This document shows, in pieces, positions 31,018 to 41,704 of a DNA stretch of 64,000 nucleotides. The translations under genes and the position numbers were made by a program. The stretch's first letter is position 1; every line of letters starts with the position of its first letter. The notes beneath the pieces are model-generated. The model was not told the DNA's origin. It did not search any database and worked only from the letters and a program-made list of their open reading frames with translations. This stretch comes from Peptococcaceae bacterium (GTDB taxonomy: Bacteria > Bacillota > Peptococcia > Peptococcales > BICA1-8): contig JBMNCQ010000004.1 in NCBI GenBank assembly GCA_049366715.1, forward strand, positions 244,374-308,373, read 5' to 3'.

Positions 31018-31677
31018 ATGAGAATGGGTAAACGAGGGCGCAAGGCGTTGGCTTTAGGGGTTTCACTCCTTTTAGCGGCAACATCTATCGGCTGCTCCTC
31101 CACAGACATTGCTGACGACAGCCGGCATCTACCCAAAGACGAACCAACACCAAAAATGCAACCACCAAAACTATTATCTGACGAAGATTTTCTGGCATTA
31201 GTAAACAAATTGAACCCTGATTTAGAAATAGAAAAGGTTAATCTGATTGCAGCGACCATTGAAAAATATAGTATGAAATATGATGTCCCCAAAAATTTAA
31301 TCATTTCGGTAATAGCCGCCGAAAGTGAATTCCACCCCTTTTGTAAAGGTACGCTGGATGATACCGGCTTAATGCAGATCAGACAAAAATATGCCCCTTA
31401 CTGGACAAAGTTAATGGGCATAGATCCGCCGCAGAATCGAGATCAATTATTTGATATTGAGACAAATATACATATCGGCACTTTTATTTTACAAAGGCTT
31501 TTAAATCGCTATCAAGGTAATATGGAACGGGTTTTGGTTGCTTATAATGCAGGAGAGACATACGTGGACCGTAAATTACGGGAAGCATTGTCCCTGCCTA
31601 AGGGTTACGTTAAAAGGGTGAGCAGATTCCATATGGAACTGTGTAATGCGCCGGTTACGGCAACAATAGAATATTAA
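31018..31677 (+). CDS. Lytic transglycosylase (SLT domain) lipoprotein
   Basis: Lipobox SIGC, VIAAESEF, GLMQI, AYNAG. Confidence 0.9.
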   Translation: MRMGKRGRKALALGVSLLLAATSIGCSSTDIADDSRHLPKDEPTPKMQPPKLLSDEDFLALVNKLNPDLEIEKVNLIAATIEKYSMKYDVPKNLIISVIAAESEFHPFCKGTLDDTGLMQIRQKYAPYWTKLMGIDPPQNRDQLFDIETNIHIGTFILQRLLNRYQGNMERVLVAYNAGETYVDRKLREALSLPKGYVKRVSRFHMELCNAPVTATIEY

Positions 31678-31703
31678 CAGTTTTAGAGACAACAACAAGC
31701 AAC

Positions 31704-32802
31704 TCAATTTTGAGTTGCTTGTTGTTTTAAGTACCCTTGAATAAAGTCGTTAATATCACCGTCCATGACGGCATGAACATTGCCCTTTTCAACTCCTGTC
31801 CGATGATCCTTGACCATACTATAGGGATGAAATACATATGACCTGATTTGGCTGCCCCAGCCAATCTCCTGCTGTTCCCCTTTAATCTGAGCCAGTTGTT
31901 TTTCTTTTTCCTTGATCTGCAGTTCCAACAGCTTGGATTGGAGAATTTTCATAGCCGTAGCTCTATTGCTGATTTGCGACCTTTCATTTTGACATTGCAC
32001 TACCACACCGGTAGGAAGATGGGTAATCCTCACTGCCGAATCGGTTTTATTAACATGCTGTCCTCCTGCCCCTCCGGACCGGTAAGTATCAATTTTCAAA
32101 TCCTTGGGATCGATTTCCAATGTTGTCTCATCATTTACCTCCGGCATAACTTCAGCCGCAGCAAAGGAAGTATGTCTCCGCCCGGAAGCATCAAAGGGAG
32201 AAATCCTTACTAAGCGGTGGACACCTTTCTCGGCCTTAAGATAGCCAAAGGCATTCTCCCCCTCAATGGCTACGGTAACACTCTTCAGACCTGCTTCTTC
32301 CCCGGTAAGCATATCAAGGATCTCTACATGATACCCTTGACTTTCCGCCCAGCGGGTATACATACGGAATAACATTTCCGTCCAATCCTGAGATTCGGTC
32401 CCCCCGGCGCCCGGATGCAGGGTAAGAATAGCGCTGTTTTTATCATATTTTCCGCTAAGCAGGGTCTCTAGTTCCAGCTTCTCCAAATGCTTTGCTAAAA
32501 TTTTCAGCTCTGCAACGGTTTCAGTGGTTAAAGATTCATCTTCCCTGCTCAGCTCGTATAGAACCTCGATATCTTCCAGCTTAGCTTCCAGACTCGCAAA
32601 TTCTTCAACTTTATCTTTTAACTTATTCATTTTCTGCATCATTTGCTGGGCTTCTTCCGGATGATCCCAGAAGCCGGCAGCACCTGTTTCTTCTTCTAAT
32701 TCTGCTAATTTGTCCTTGCGGCCGGCAATGTCAAAGAGAATCCCTCAAATCCGCAATTTTCTTGGCCGCCATTTCAATATCCCGTTTCATTTCAAAATCC
32801 AC
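31704..32802 (-). CDS. prfB: Peptide chain release factor 2 (programmed +1 frameshift)
   Basis: SPF and GGQ motifs; upstream frame [23 protein letters not shown] ends at CTT TGA C. Confidence 0.97.
32730..32745 (-). other. prfB +1 frameshift signal
   Basis: AGGGAT TCT CTT TGA C: internal Shine-Dalgarno plus slippery site. Confidence 0.95.
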
Positions 32803-33009
32803 TGTTTTCAACTCCTATTCGGTTCGCAGTATTTTTGTACTCCGTACGTTAAAATCTGTACTCTGTTATTCGCTTTCTTCATTAACGGTTCCTTTATATT
32901 TCTCTCCCACTCTCTTTTTACTATTCCCGTAATCTTAATCTACCCGACCAACTAAGCTTTACCCGCAAATCTACCTTTACCTGACATTTTTTTGCTACCC
33001 CAAAATGTA

Positions 33010-35511
33010 TCAGGCATCCTGGCCGCAGCATTTTTTGTATTTTTTGCCGCTGCCGCAGGGACAAGGTTCGTTACGGCCAATTTTGTTCGATTTAACCGGG
33101 GTTTTCGTCTGCTCTTCGGAATATTTATTTTCAACTACATCAGTTCTTTCTTCCGGCCTTTCAACCATTCTGACCCGGTAGATATAACGTACGGTTTCCT
33201 GTTGTATTTCTTCAATCATCTGCGTAAACATATCATATGCTTCAAATTTATATTCTGTCAAAGGATCCCTTTGACCATAAGCCCGTAAATAGATACCTTG
33301 GCGTAATTGATCCATGGCATCTAAATGATCCATCCATTTGGCGTCTACCGCTTTTAACAAAACCAATCTTTCAATTTCCCGCTGGTTTTCCGCACCAACC
33401 TCAATTTCCCTTTGTTCATAAGCTTTAAAGGCTTCTTCCTTTAGGAATTCCCGGACCTCTTCGCCTTCCATAGCGGCCAGCTTTCCGGTTTGCAGATCAT
33501 GGTTGGGCAGAAAGGTTTGTTCGGCAGCATTCAACAAGCCCTGGAGATCCCATTCTTCCGGATAAGGAATTTCACCGGCAAAGCTGTTGATCGTTCTTTC
33601 TACAACCTTCTCTATCATATCAAGGATATTTTCCTTAATATTTTCCCCCATTAACACTTTACGACGCTGGACATATATTACTTCCCGCTGCTGGTTCATG
33701 ATATCATCATATTCCAGTACATTTTTACGGATATCGAAATTACGGGCCTCTACCCGTTTCTGGGCATTTTCAATACCTCTGGAAATAATTTTGTTTTCAA
33801 TGGGGATACTATCATCCATCCCCAGCTTATCCATGATACCCATAATATTTTCGGCACCGAATAAACGCATGAGATCATCTTCAAGGGAAATATAAAACTG
33901 GGTAACACCCGGATCACCCTGCCGGCCGCTTCTGCCCCTTAACTGGTTGTCAATACGCCGGGCTTCATGACGTTCTGTTCCAATGATACATAAACCACCC
34001 AGCTCTTGCACTCCGGCTCCCAACACAATATCCGTACCCCGGCCTGCCATATTGGTAGCAATCGTCACCATTTCCTTTTGTCCGGCTTGGGCAACTATTT
34101 CTGCTTCCTGCTCATGATATTTCGCATTGAGGACCTGATGAGAAATACCTTTTTTCTTTAAAAGCTCACTTAAAAGCTCTGATTTTTCTATAGAAACCGT
34201 TCCTACCAGGACAGGCTGACCCATTTGGTGCCTGGCAACAATCTCTTCCACAACAGCATTAAATTTACCTGGTTCCGTACGGTAGACAACATCCGGTTTG
34301 TCCTCCCTGACCATAGGCTTATTGGTGGGAATAACCACTACATCCATCCCGTAGATTTTCATAAACTCTTCTTCTTCAGTTTTAGCGGTACCTGTCATCC
34401 CGCTTAACTTATCATACATCCGGAAATAATTTTGGAAGGTAATGGTCGCTAAAGTCTGGGATTCCCTGGCAATTTTCACACCTTCCTTGGCTTCAATAGC
34501 CTGGTGCAGACCTTCACTGTAACGACGTCCGAACATTAAACGCCCGGTGAATTCATCAACGATGATGACTTCCCCGTCTTTAACGACATAATCCCGGTCT
34601 CTTTTCATTAAAGTATGGGCTTTTAAAGCTTGATTGACATGATGGCTGATTTCCAGGTTCTTTTCATCGGCTAAGTTATCAATTGCCAGCATTTTCTCAA
34701 TCCGGGTTATCCCTTCTTCGGTCGGAGTTACCAGGTTTTGTTTCTCATCAATCGTATAATCATCATCTTTTTTTAAACGGGGAATCACTTTAGCTACCGT
34801 CTTATAAAGCTCGGTAGGTTTATCGGCAGACCCGGAAATGATCAGCGGAGTCCGCGCCTCATCAATTAAAATACTATCCACTTCATCAATGATCGTATAA
34901 TGCAGATTCCTTTGTACCATGTTTTCTTTATACATGACCATATTATCCCTTAAGTAATCAAAACCGAACTCATTATTGGTACCATAGGTGATATCTGCCT
35001 CATAAGCTTTTTTCCTCTCGTCATAATCAAGGCCGTGAACAATCAGTCCTACTTCGAGCCCTAGAAATCTATAGAGCTGTCCCATCCATTCGCTGTCCCT
35101 TTTGGCCAGATAATCGTTAACGGTAATCACATGAACACCTTTACCTGCCAGTGCGTTCAAATAAGCAGGAAGGGTAGCGACCAGCGTCTTCCCTTCACCG
35201 GTTTTCATTTCGGCTATCCGGCCCTGATGAAGGACGATCCCACCCATCAGCTGGACGTCAAAATGGCGCATTTTCAGAACTCTTTGCGAAGCTTCCCTCA
35301 CCACCGCAAAGGCTTCGGGCAGGAGTTCATCCAAACTTGTACCATTTTGATGCCTGTCTTTAAAATCCTCGGTCTTCCCACGCAGCTGTTCATCTGTGAG
35401 ATCCGCCATTTTTTCTTCCAGACCATTTATCATATCCAGTGTTTTTTGTAAACGCTTAACCTCTTTTGCATTATCATCAAGCAAGTTCTTTAAAAACTCC
35501 AAAACCATCAA
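33010..35511 (-). CDS. secA: Preprotein translocase ATPase SecA
   Basis: [52 protein letters not shown]. Confidence 0.99.
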   Translation of the reverse strand: MMVLEFLKNLLDDNAKEVKRLQKTLDMINGLEEKMADLTDEQLRGKTEDFKDRHQNGTSLDELLPEAFAVVREASQRVLKMRHFDVQLMGGIVLHQGRIAEMKTGEGKTLVATLPAYLNALAGKGVHVITVNDYLAKRDSEWMGQLYRFLGLEVGLIVHGLDYDERKKAYEADITYGTNNEFGFDYLRDNMVMYKENMVQRNLHYTIIDEVDSILIDEARTPLIISGSADKPTELYKTVAKVIPRLKKDDDYTIDEKQNLVTPTEEGITRIEKMLAIDNLADEKNLEISHHVNQALKAHTLMKRDRDYVVKDGEVIIVDEFTGRLMFGRRYSEGLHQAIEAKEGVKIARESQTLATITFQNYFRMYDKLSGMTGTAKTEEEEFMKIYGMDVVVIPTNKPMVREDKPDVVYRTEPGKFNAVVEEIVARHQMGQPVLVGTVSIEKSELLSELLKKKGISHQVLNAKYHEQEAEIVAQAGQKEMVTIATNMAGRGTDIVLGAGVQELGGLCIIGTERHEARRIDNQLRGRSGRQGDPGVTQFYISLEDDLMRLFGAENIMGIMDKLGMDDSIPIENKIISRGIENAQKRVEARNFDIRKNVLEYDDIMNQQREVIYVQRRKVLMGENIKENILDMIEKVVERTINSFAGEIPYPEEWDLQGLLNAAEQTFLPNHDLQTGKLAAMEGEEVREFLKEEAFKAYEQREIEVGAENQREIERLVLLKAVDAKWMDHLDAMDQLRQGIYLRAYGQRDPLTEYKFEAYDMFTQMIEEIQQETVRYIYRVRMVERPEERTDVVENKYSEEQTKTPVKSNKIGRNEPCPCGSGKKYKKCCGQDA

Positions 35512-35925
35512 AAATCACTCCAATACCTAATCATCTTAAAAAAATTTTTCTTCTCCCGATTGAGTAATAACAAGGGCTAAACTAACATCTACTTAAAAAT
35601 ATCCTAAATGATATTTTATCACAATTTGCTATCTAAAAGCGAATAATTTGGCCAATCTTTATCAGGGAGGGAAAAATGTTAATTTACCGGGATGTGAAAC
35701 AATCCTCTTGTTACCCGGCCCTCCTTAAACATTATGGCCGGTTCCTGCCTGCATCTATGAACGATAAATTTATGATATTAATTAGAAAATACTTTTCTAA
35801 TTTTCTTGTTTACTCTTTATTAATTTTGGGTAAAAATATAGTAATAAACATTTAAAATGTTCCCTGTATAAATCATTTTATCTTCGTTAAGACAAGCTGT
35901 AAATTATGGAAATTATTCGTTTAGA

Positions 35926-35950
35926 AGGATAAAATAAACTTCTATGGAAT
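35926..35950 (+). promoter_or_regulatory. SigH-like promoter of hpf
   Basis: AGGA-N17-GAAT; hpf/yvyD has a SigH promoter in B. subtilis. Confidence 0.65.
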
Positions 35951-35985
35951 AATTATAACAAAGTACCTAGAAGGGAGCTGGTTAG

Positions 35986-36522
35986 ATGAAAATAATCGTT
36001 AAAGGAAAAAATATGGAGGTAACACCAGCGCTAAAAGAGTACGTCGAGAAGAAGGTTGGTAAAATTCAAAAATATTTCGAGGGGGAATTAAGAGAAGCCT
36101 CAGTGAGCCTGATCTTAGAAAAGGAATTACATAGAGTTGAAGTTACGATCCCTTTAGATGGTTATATATTACGGGGAGAAGAAGAAACAACAGATATGTA
36201 TGCGTCTATTGATAATGTTGTCGAGAAATTAGAACGGCAGGTTCGTAAATATAAAACCAAAATCAATCGTAAAATCAAAAACCTTTCCGTACTGGATCTG
36301 GTTCCTAACGGAAACAGCCTTGCTGAAGAAGATTTTGAGCCTGCTATCGTACGGACCAAGCGCTTTGCGGTCAAACCCATGCCTGAAGAAGAAGCTATAT
36401 TGCAAATGGATTTGTTAGGACACAATTTCTTCGTCTTTCTTAATGCCGATACCGAAGAAGTGAATGTTGTGTATAGACGTAAAGACGGTAATTACGGTCT
36501 GATAGAACCTGAATTAGGTTGA
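35986..36522 (+). CDS. hpf: Ribosome hibernation promoting factor (long HPF)
   Basis: GKNMEVTPALKEY, DMYASID, KPMPEEEAILQMDLLGHNFFVF, VYRRKDGNYGLIE. Confidence 0.97.
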   Translation: MKIIVKGKNMEVTPALKEYVEKKVGKIQKYFEGELREASVSLILEKELHRVEVTIPLDGYILRGEEETTDMYASIDNVVEKLERQVRKYKTKINRKIKNLSVLDLVPNGNSLAEEDFEPAIVRTKRFAVKPMPEEEAILQMDLLGHNFFVFLNADTEEVNVVYRRKDGNYGLIEPELG

Positions 36523-36613
36523 AATCTGGGCTTTGCGGCCCGGATTTTACCTGGCAACAGGGCTAAAGGTGTTTTAATTATTTTCTTTATTTTCACTTAA
36601 ATTCACATAAAAG

Positions 36614-36642
36614 TTGCGAAAAACAGTAAAAAAGTATATAAT
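36614..36642 (+). promoter_or_regulatory. SigA promoter of cold-shock gene
   Basis: TTGCGA-N17-TATAAT. Confidence 0.7.
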
Positions 36643-36703
36643 AACTGCAGTAAGCAAAATAAATTATGCTTGCAGTTTACTTATGAAAGGAAGGATTTTT
36701 TAC

Positions 36704-36901
36704 ATGCAAGGAAAAGTAAAATGGTTTAATGCGGAGAAGGGTTATGGTTTTATTGAAGGAGAAGACGGAAAAGATGTATTTGTACATTTCTCCGCTATCC
36801 AAACTGAAGGCTTCAAAACTTTAGATGAAGGTCAAGCAGTTAGTTTTGAAGTTGTTGAAGGTGCAAGAGGACCTCAGGCTGCCAACGTTGAAAAGCTTTA
36901 A
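36704..36901 (+). CDS. Cold-shock protein (65 aa)
   Basis: [24 protein letters not shown]; start placed at ATG 36704. Confidence 0.97.
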   Translation: MQGKVKWFNAEKGYGFIEGEDGKDVFVHFSAIQTEGFKTLDEGQAVSFEVVEGARGPQAANVEKL

Positions 36902-36936
36902 TATATAGCATTTGAGCTTTAAGCAAGGCAAATCCA

Positions 36937-36961
36937 CCCCAGAGCAAAGCTCTGGGGTTTT
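36937..36961. terminator. Terminator between convergent csp and EAL genes
   Basis: ACCCCAGAGC-aaa-GCTCTGGGGT followed by T-tract. Confidence 0.8.
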
Positions 36962-38183
36962 AATTATTCCCCGGGTTGATATCTATGCATAAAATCGCGC
37001 TATTGAGATTTTTATCCTTAAACCAGGAGACCACCGTAATGCATTTATTACCGGTAGCGAAAGAGATATACGGTTCTGATATGTAAATTTTGGCATCACT
37101 GTTTCTGAACATGTAATAATATTTTTTTAAAGATAAATCATCGCCTTTCTTGGCCGGATTAAAAATAGGCTTATACTTAGTGTAATTGCAGATTGTATCG
37201 GTTAATTGCATACCTTCCCGATTTAAAATATACAAACACTCGATAAAATTAAATCTTTCCTGGACAGATTCCAAAACTTTTTGGTATTCACTACTGGTAA
37301 CTTTTTTCAGGAGCCGTACCGCTATTTTGATTATTTCCCAATATTGTTTTCTTGCCGCAGCTGCCTGGTGATATTTCTGGGTCATGTAATTTTTATATTT
37401 TTCCGTAAATATTTTTAACTTGCCGCCATATATTACAGCATCTACCGCAGTTAAGGATTTTAAAGGCCTGGCAAAGAAAAAACCCTGCAGCATATCTGCA
37501 CCTAAGTCCAAACAAACGACGGCCTCTTCTTCTGTTTCAATTCCTTCGGCCACCACTAAAGAGCCGATCTGCCTTGATAAATTTACTACCGCCCGGAAAA
37601 CTTCCCTTTTGACAAATTCCTCATCAATATTCGTGATTAACCACCTGTCAATTTTTATAATATCGGGCTCGACTAAAGGTATCCGGTCCAAATTGGAAAA
37701 ACCTGCCCCTACATCATCTAAAGCGATGGAAAATCCATAATCTTTATAAGTTCTAATAAATTGTTTTAACGCACATGTGTTATTTACCTTGGCTTCATTA
37801 ATCTCTATCACGATCTTTCCCGGGTCAAGCTGCAAATCCAGGACACTTTTGAAGAGAACATTTGAGCCAACGACTCCGTAGTCTATGATAGAAGTATCTA
37901 TATTTAAAAATAACAAAAGTTGGCTATGGCTCACCTGTATTTCTCGATATTTTTCCAGACATTTGCGGCGGCAGAGGCGGTCCAATTCGATGGTCAAGCC
38001 ATTTTGAGCGGCATCCTGAAATAGAATATTGGGCATGATTATTTCCCCTGTTGCTAGATCGACTCCCCTGCATAATCCCTCCACACCAATCACGGACTGG
38101 GTTATTCCTGTGACCACCGGCTGAAAATATATCTCAATACTTTCCCGGCTGATCATTCTTTCCACATAACATTTGTCCCGCAT
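36960..38183 (-). CDS. EAL-domain c-di-GMP phosphodiesterase with C-terminal sensor-like domain (YkuI-like layout)
   Basis: YFQPVV, EGL, FLNID, IEINE, LDDVGAGFSNL, IKIDR, AEGIET, QGFFF. Confidence 0.9.
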   Translation of the reverse strand: MRDKCYVERMISRESIEIYFQPVVTGITQSVIGVEGLCRGVDLATGEIIMPNILFQDAAQNGLTIELDRLCRRKCLEKYREIQVSHSQLLLFLNIDTSIIDYGVVGSNVLFKSVLDLQLDPGKIVIEINEAKVNNTCALKQFIRTYKDYGFSIALDDVGAGFSNLDRIPLVEPDIIKIDRWLITNIDEEFVKREVFRAVVNLSRQIGSLVVAEGIETEEEAVVCLDLGADMLQGFFFARPLKSLTAVDAVIYGGKLKIFTEKYKNYMTQKYHQAAAARKQYWEIIKIAVRLLKKVTSSEYQKVLESVQERFNFIECLYILNREGMQLTDTICNYTKYKPIFNPAKKGDDLSLKKYYYMFRNSDAKIYISEPYISFATGNKCITVVSWFKDKNLNSAILCIDINPGNN

Positions 38184-38213
38184 CTTTTCAGCACCCACTT
38201 TAGTTATTGGGAT

Positions 38214-38266
38214 AAAAAAGCCGACTAAAAGAATGCCCTGCCATTCTTTTAGTCGGCTCCGTTGCC
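38214..38266 (-). promoter_or_regulatory. Leader terminator overlapped by an ANTAR-type hairpin
   Basis: 17-bp stem (38219-38258) plus U6 upstream of the EAL start; GGC-AACGGA-GCC hairpin (38255-38266) overlaps its 5' arm. Confidence 0.7.
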
Positions 38267-38285
38267 TGCTGGTTCTAATATATTT

Positions 38286-38314
38286 AATATACGATATATT
38301 AAAGTAAGAGTCTA
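38286..38314 (-). promoter_or_regulatory. SigA-like promoter of EAL gene
   Basis: TAGACT-N17-TATATT. Confidence 0.5.
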
Positions 38315-38323
38315 CTACTATTT

Positions 38324-39046
38324 TTAGAGAATTTTACTGAGAAAGGCTTTGGTCCGCTCATTTTGCGCATTGGTAAAGATCTCCGCCGGCGTACCTTGTT
38401 CCACAATTATTCCTTCATCTATAAACAGCACCCGGTCCCCCACTTCCCGGGCAAAGCCCATTTCATGGGTCACGACAACCATGGTCATTCCTTCCCGGGC
38501 AAGATCCTTCATAACGGCCAGAACCTCCCCCACCATCTCCGGATCTAAGGCCGAAGTAGGCTCATCGAAAAGCATCACCTTGGGGCGCATGGCTAAAGCT
38601 CGGGCAATGGCGACCCTTTGCTGCTGCCCCCCTGATAAGGCATCCGGATAAACTTCCGCTTTATCCGTTAAGCCGACTTTAGCCAACAAGCTATGGGCTC
38701 TTTCTTCCGCCTCCCGGGGATCTAATCCCCGTACCTTGATTGGTGCTAAAGAAATATTCTGCAGGACAGTCATATGGGGAAATAAATTAAAGCGTTGAAA
38801 GACCATCCCTACATCTTCCCGTATTTTATTAATGTCATTCCCGGGGTCAGTTATATTGTCCCCATCTATCGTAATTTCACCGGAAGTCGGTTCTTCCAGT
38901 AAATTTATACAGCGTAAAAAGGTGCTCTTACCTGACCCGGAGGGGCCGATAACACATACAACCTCCTGCGGCTTGACCCGCTCAGAGATACCTTTTAGTA
39001 CCTGTAAGCTGCCGAAATTTTTAATTAGTTTATCCACGACGATCAC
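38324..39046 (-). CDS. Polar amino acid ABC transporter ATPase (GlnQ-like)
   Basis: [38 protein letters not shown]. Confidence 0.95.
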   Translation of the reverse strand: MIVVDKLIKNFGSLQVLKGISERVKPQEVVCVIGPSGSGKSTFLRCINLLEEPTSGEITIDGDNITDPGNDINKIREDVGMVFQRFNLFPHMTVLQNISLAPIKVRGLDPREAEERAHSLLAKVGLTDKAEVYPDALSGGQQQRVAIARALAMRPKVMLFDEPTSALDPEMVGEVLAVMKDLAREGMTMVVVTHEMGFAREVGDRVLFIDEGIIVEQGTPAEIFTNAQNERTKAFLSKIL

Positions 39047-39725
39047 TTACACCCAACCTCCATTCTGTCCAGGTTACCAGTCTGGAAATAGTTAAAGTCA
39101 TCACTAAATAGACTAAAGCTACGCCTATATACGTAGGAAACGAAGCAAAAGTTACGGCGACATACAACTGACCCTTGCGGGTTAACTCCTCGACACCAAT
39201 TACAGCTAAAAGGGAAGTATCCTTTAAGAGCACGATGAACTCATTCCCTAACGGTGGTATTATCCTTCTAAAGGCCTGGGGCAGAATAATATATCTCATC
39301 GCTTGAAAATGGGTCATGCCTAAAGAACGGGCCGCTTCCATCTGACCTCTTTCTATGGACTGGATTCCGGCCCGGAAAATTTCCGCCACGTAGGCACCGC
39401 TGTTAATGCTGCAAACCACTACTGCAGCAACCATGGGCTCAATACGAAAAGATGTCTGGGTAATCCCTGATATCAAATATGGTATTCCATAATAAAATAA
39501 GAGAATCTGTACAAATAACGGCGTACCCCTGATAAAATCCACATAAACAGCGCTGGGAACTCTAAATATGATATTCTTCGATAATTTCCCTAATCCCATA
39601 AATAATCCGATAATTATTCCAAAAAATACAGAAAGGGAAGTAATTTCAATTGTTAAAACAGCGCCATTTAATAATTGAGGCAATACTCTTATGATATGAT
39701 TCAGATATGATTGCAAAATTTCCAC
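39030..39725 (-). CDS. Polar amino acid ABC transporter permease
   Basis: [29 protein letters not shown]; GTG start behind GGAGG. Confidence 0.93.
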   Translation of the reverse strand: MEILQSYLNHIIRVLPQLLNGAVLTIEITSLSVFFGIIIGLFMGLGKLSKNIIFRVPSAVYVDFIRGTPLFVQILLFYYGIPYLISGITQTSFRIEPMVAAVVVCSINSGAYVAEIFRAGIQSIERGQMEAARSLGMTHFQAMRYIILPQAFRRIIPPLGNEFIVLLKDTSLLAVIGVEELTRKGQLYVAVTFASFPTYIGVALVYLVMTLTISRLVTWTEWRLGVSDRRG

Positions 39726-39744
39726 AACATCACCTCCACATAAG

Positions 39745-39851
39745 AAAAAAGACCATCCGTTTGCCACAGGCAGCGGATCCTCTAAAGTAAGACACAGGCA
39801 TTTTGGCAAGGGAATAAAGTAAATGCGTAACACACAGTGTGTTACGCATTT
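39745..39851 (-). terminator. Two hairpins between binding-protein and permease genes
   Basis: Perfect 14-bp stem at 39821-39851; second imperfect stem plus U6 at 39745-39783. Confidence 0.65.
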
Positions 39852-39866
39852 TGTGCTGACATTTGA

Positions 39867-40661
39867 CTAGAAATATTTTTTCTGTAACTCTTGATATTTG
39901 CCGTTGTCTTTAACATTTTGCAAGCCTTTATTAATTTTCTCTAACAATTCCTGGTTACCTTCTTTAACGGCAAATCCGTAAGAGTCACTTTCCAACACTT
40001 CGCCGACAATCTTAATTTTCCCGGACTGTTTTGCCATGTAAGCTTCGGTAACAGGCTTATCGTTTATTACCGCCTCTACCCCGCCACTCATAAGCTCCAT
40101 CATTACAATATCAACTGTATTAAAGGTCTTGATCTCTTTAATGATCCCTTCGTTCTTTAACTCTTCTGCTTTAGCGGCACCCGTTGTTCCGATTTGAACT
40201 GCCACCGTTTTCCCCTGCAAATCATCTTGGCCGTTAATATCCTCATTATCGCCGGCTACGGCAATAGCCAGTCCCGCATCAATATAGGGCTCACTAAAGT
40301 CCACTTCTTCTTCCCGGTCAGGCCTGATGGACATGCCGGAAGCAATAATATCAATGTTGCCTGTTTGAACGGCAGGTATCAAGCCGTCGAAACCAAGATT
40401 CATAATTTCCAGTTTAATCCCCTGGTCTTCGGCAATCGCTTTAATTAAATCTATATCGAAGCCGATAATATCTCCTGTTTTCTCATCTGTCATCTCAAAA
40501 GGCGGAAAAGTTGGCTCAGTTCCAACTCTATATACAGCTTCCTCCTGCGGCGCTTCCTTAGGCGTCTCTGCATTGGGCTCTTCCTGCTTAGCACATCCTG
40601 CCACAGCCAGCAAGCTTAATACCAGTAGAACTACCAGTGCTGTTTTTAAATATTTTTTCAT
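39867..40661 (-). CDS. Polar amino acid ABC transporter substrate-binding lipoprotein
   Basis: Lipobox VAGC, GTEPTFPPFE, GFDIDL, VQIGTTG. Confidence 0.93.
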   Translation of the reverse strand: MKKYLKTALVVLLVLSLLAVAGCAKQEEPNAETPKEAPQEEAVYRVGTEPTFPPFEMTDEKTGDIIGFDIDLIKAIAEDQGIKLEIMNLGFDGLIPAVQTGNIDIIASGMSIRPDREEEVDFSEPYIDAGLAIAVAGDNEDINGQDDLQGKTVAVQIGTTGAAKAEELKNEGIIKEIKTFNTVDIVMMELMSGGVEAVINDKPVTEAYMAKQSGKIKIVGEVLESDSYGFAVKEGNQELLEKINKGLQNVKDNGKYQELQKKYF

Positions 40662-40706
40662 CAATTGGTCCTCCCCCTCTAATTCCAATTAATCTAACTG
40701 TCAATA

Positions 40707-40735
40707 ATTATACATACTTAAGAATATTTAATCAA
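40707..40735 (-). promoter_or_regulatory. SigA promoter with extended -10
   Basis: TTGATT-N17-TATAAT, with TG at the end of the spacer. Confidence 0.65.
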
Positions 40736-40954
40736 TACCCTGCTAAAATATTTTTAATGATCAGGAAAACGCTTATGAAAAACTCTCCAACCTGGTATCA
40801 TCTGATAAAATATCCCTGTTTACATCCTTAGTAATTCACAATAATTTTGCATATTATTCCCTCCTGAGGCCCTCAAAAAACTTTGCTAATATCCATTGTT
40901 GTAATGAAAAGCTATTTTATAAATGAAGTTTCTCTAAATTTCGCTATAAATATT

Positions 40955-41121
40955 TGTCGAAATATTTCTTACACATATTTCCATTGTGGAAAGAAATCTT
41001 GTGGATAATGTGGATAAGTCTGAGGATAACTTTAAAAACAGGGCTTTATCCCTGTGGATTGATTGGTGATTTGTTAAATTAATGTTAATATCTTTAAATT
41101 AGCGTTATTATTCTTGTCGAA
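40955..41121. promoter_or_regulatory. DnaA-box cluster flanked by Spo0A boxes
   Basis: TGTGGATAA at 41000 and 41009; near matches at 40985, 41021, 41046 (reverse), 41053; TGTCGAA at 40955 and 41115. Confidence 0.75.
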
Positions 41122-41199
41122 ATAACTACATAAATATCTAACGATCCGTGCAAAACCTCAAGGGAAAAACAAAATTCGACGTCTTGCAACGCCGAACAG

Positions 41200-41700
41200 C
41201 TATTTGCTTTTATCAAATTTATTTTCAGGCTTTCCGCTAATCTTTTTTTTATAAGCTTTTTTCGCCATATTTTTATCTTGAATCGTCTTGATATCTTTAT
41301 TTACATTAGTAAGCTTGGCCTTCAACAAGTTTTCGTTAAGGATGTCCATTTCTTTAATGGCATACAAGATCTCCCCTAATTCCCCCAGGACCTCCGTTAA
41401 GTTTTCCGCAGCTTTTACCGGAAGGACCTCGAGAAGAGCAGAACTGGAAAATACCTCTATGCCGAGGGTTTTCATAATATCCTCCCGCAAAGGTCTCAGC
41501 TGACCGTTCATCTCTTCCAGCTCACTAATCAGCTTCTGCCGGGCAGAGATTACTTCTTCCAGCCGTTCCAGATTTTCAGCTTCAGTACATTTCTTCTGCA
41601 TTTCGGCTAATTTTAACATGGCCCGGTATTTACTCAGCTGTTTCCGGTAACCTTCGGCCATTGATTGCAGTACAGGAGTTAATAATTTACCTTTATTCAC
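41200..41700 (-). CDS. FlgN/FliT-like flagellar chaperone
   Basis: Helical LEEVISARQKLISEL…MDILNENLL pattern; directly after fliS. Confidence 0.65.
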   Translation of the reverse strand: MNKGKLLTPVLQSMAEGYRKQLSKYRAMLKLAEMQKKCTEAENLERLEEVISARQKLISELEEMNGQLRPLREDIMKTLGIEVFSSSALLEVLPVKAAENLTEVLGELGEILYAIKEMDILNENLLKAKLTNVNKDIKTIQDKNMAKKAYKKKISGKPENKFDKSK

Positions 41701-41704
41701 CCTT

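Noticed and set aside
35520-35985. raiA motif RNA upstream of hpf
   Set aside because: I could not recognise its conserved sequence blocks; a cmscan search would be needed to exclude it.
40985-41061. oriC
   Set aside because: No dnaA/dnaN context, and gene orientation does not switch across the site.
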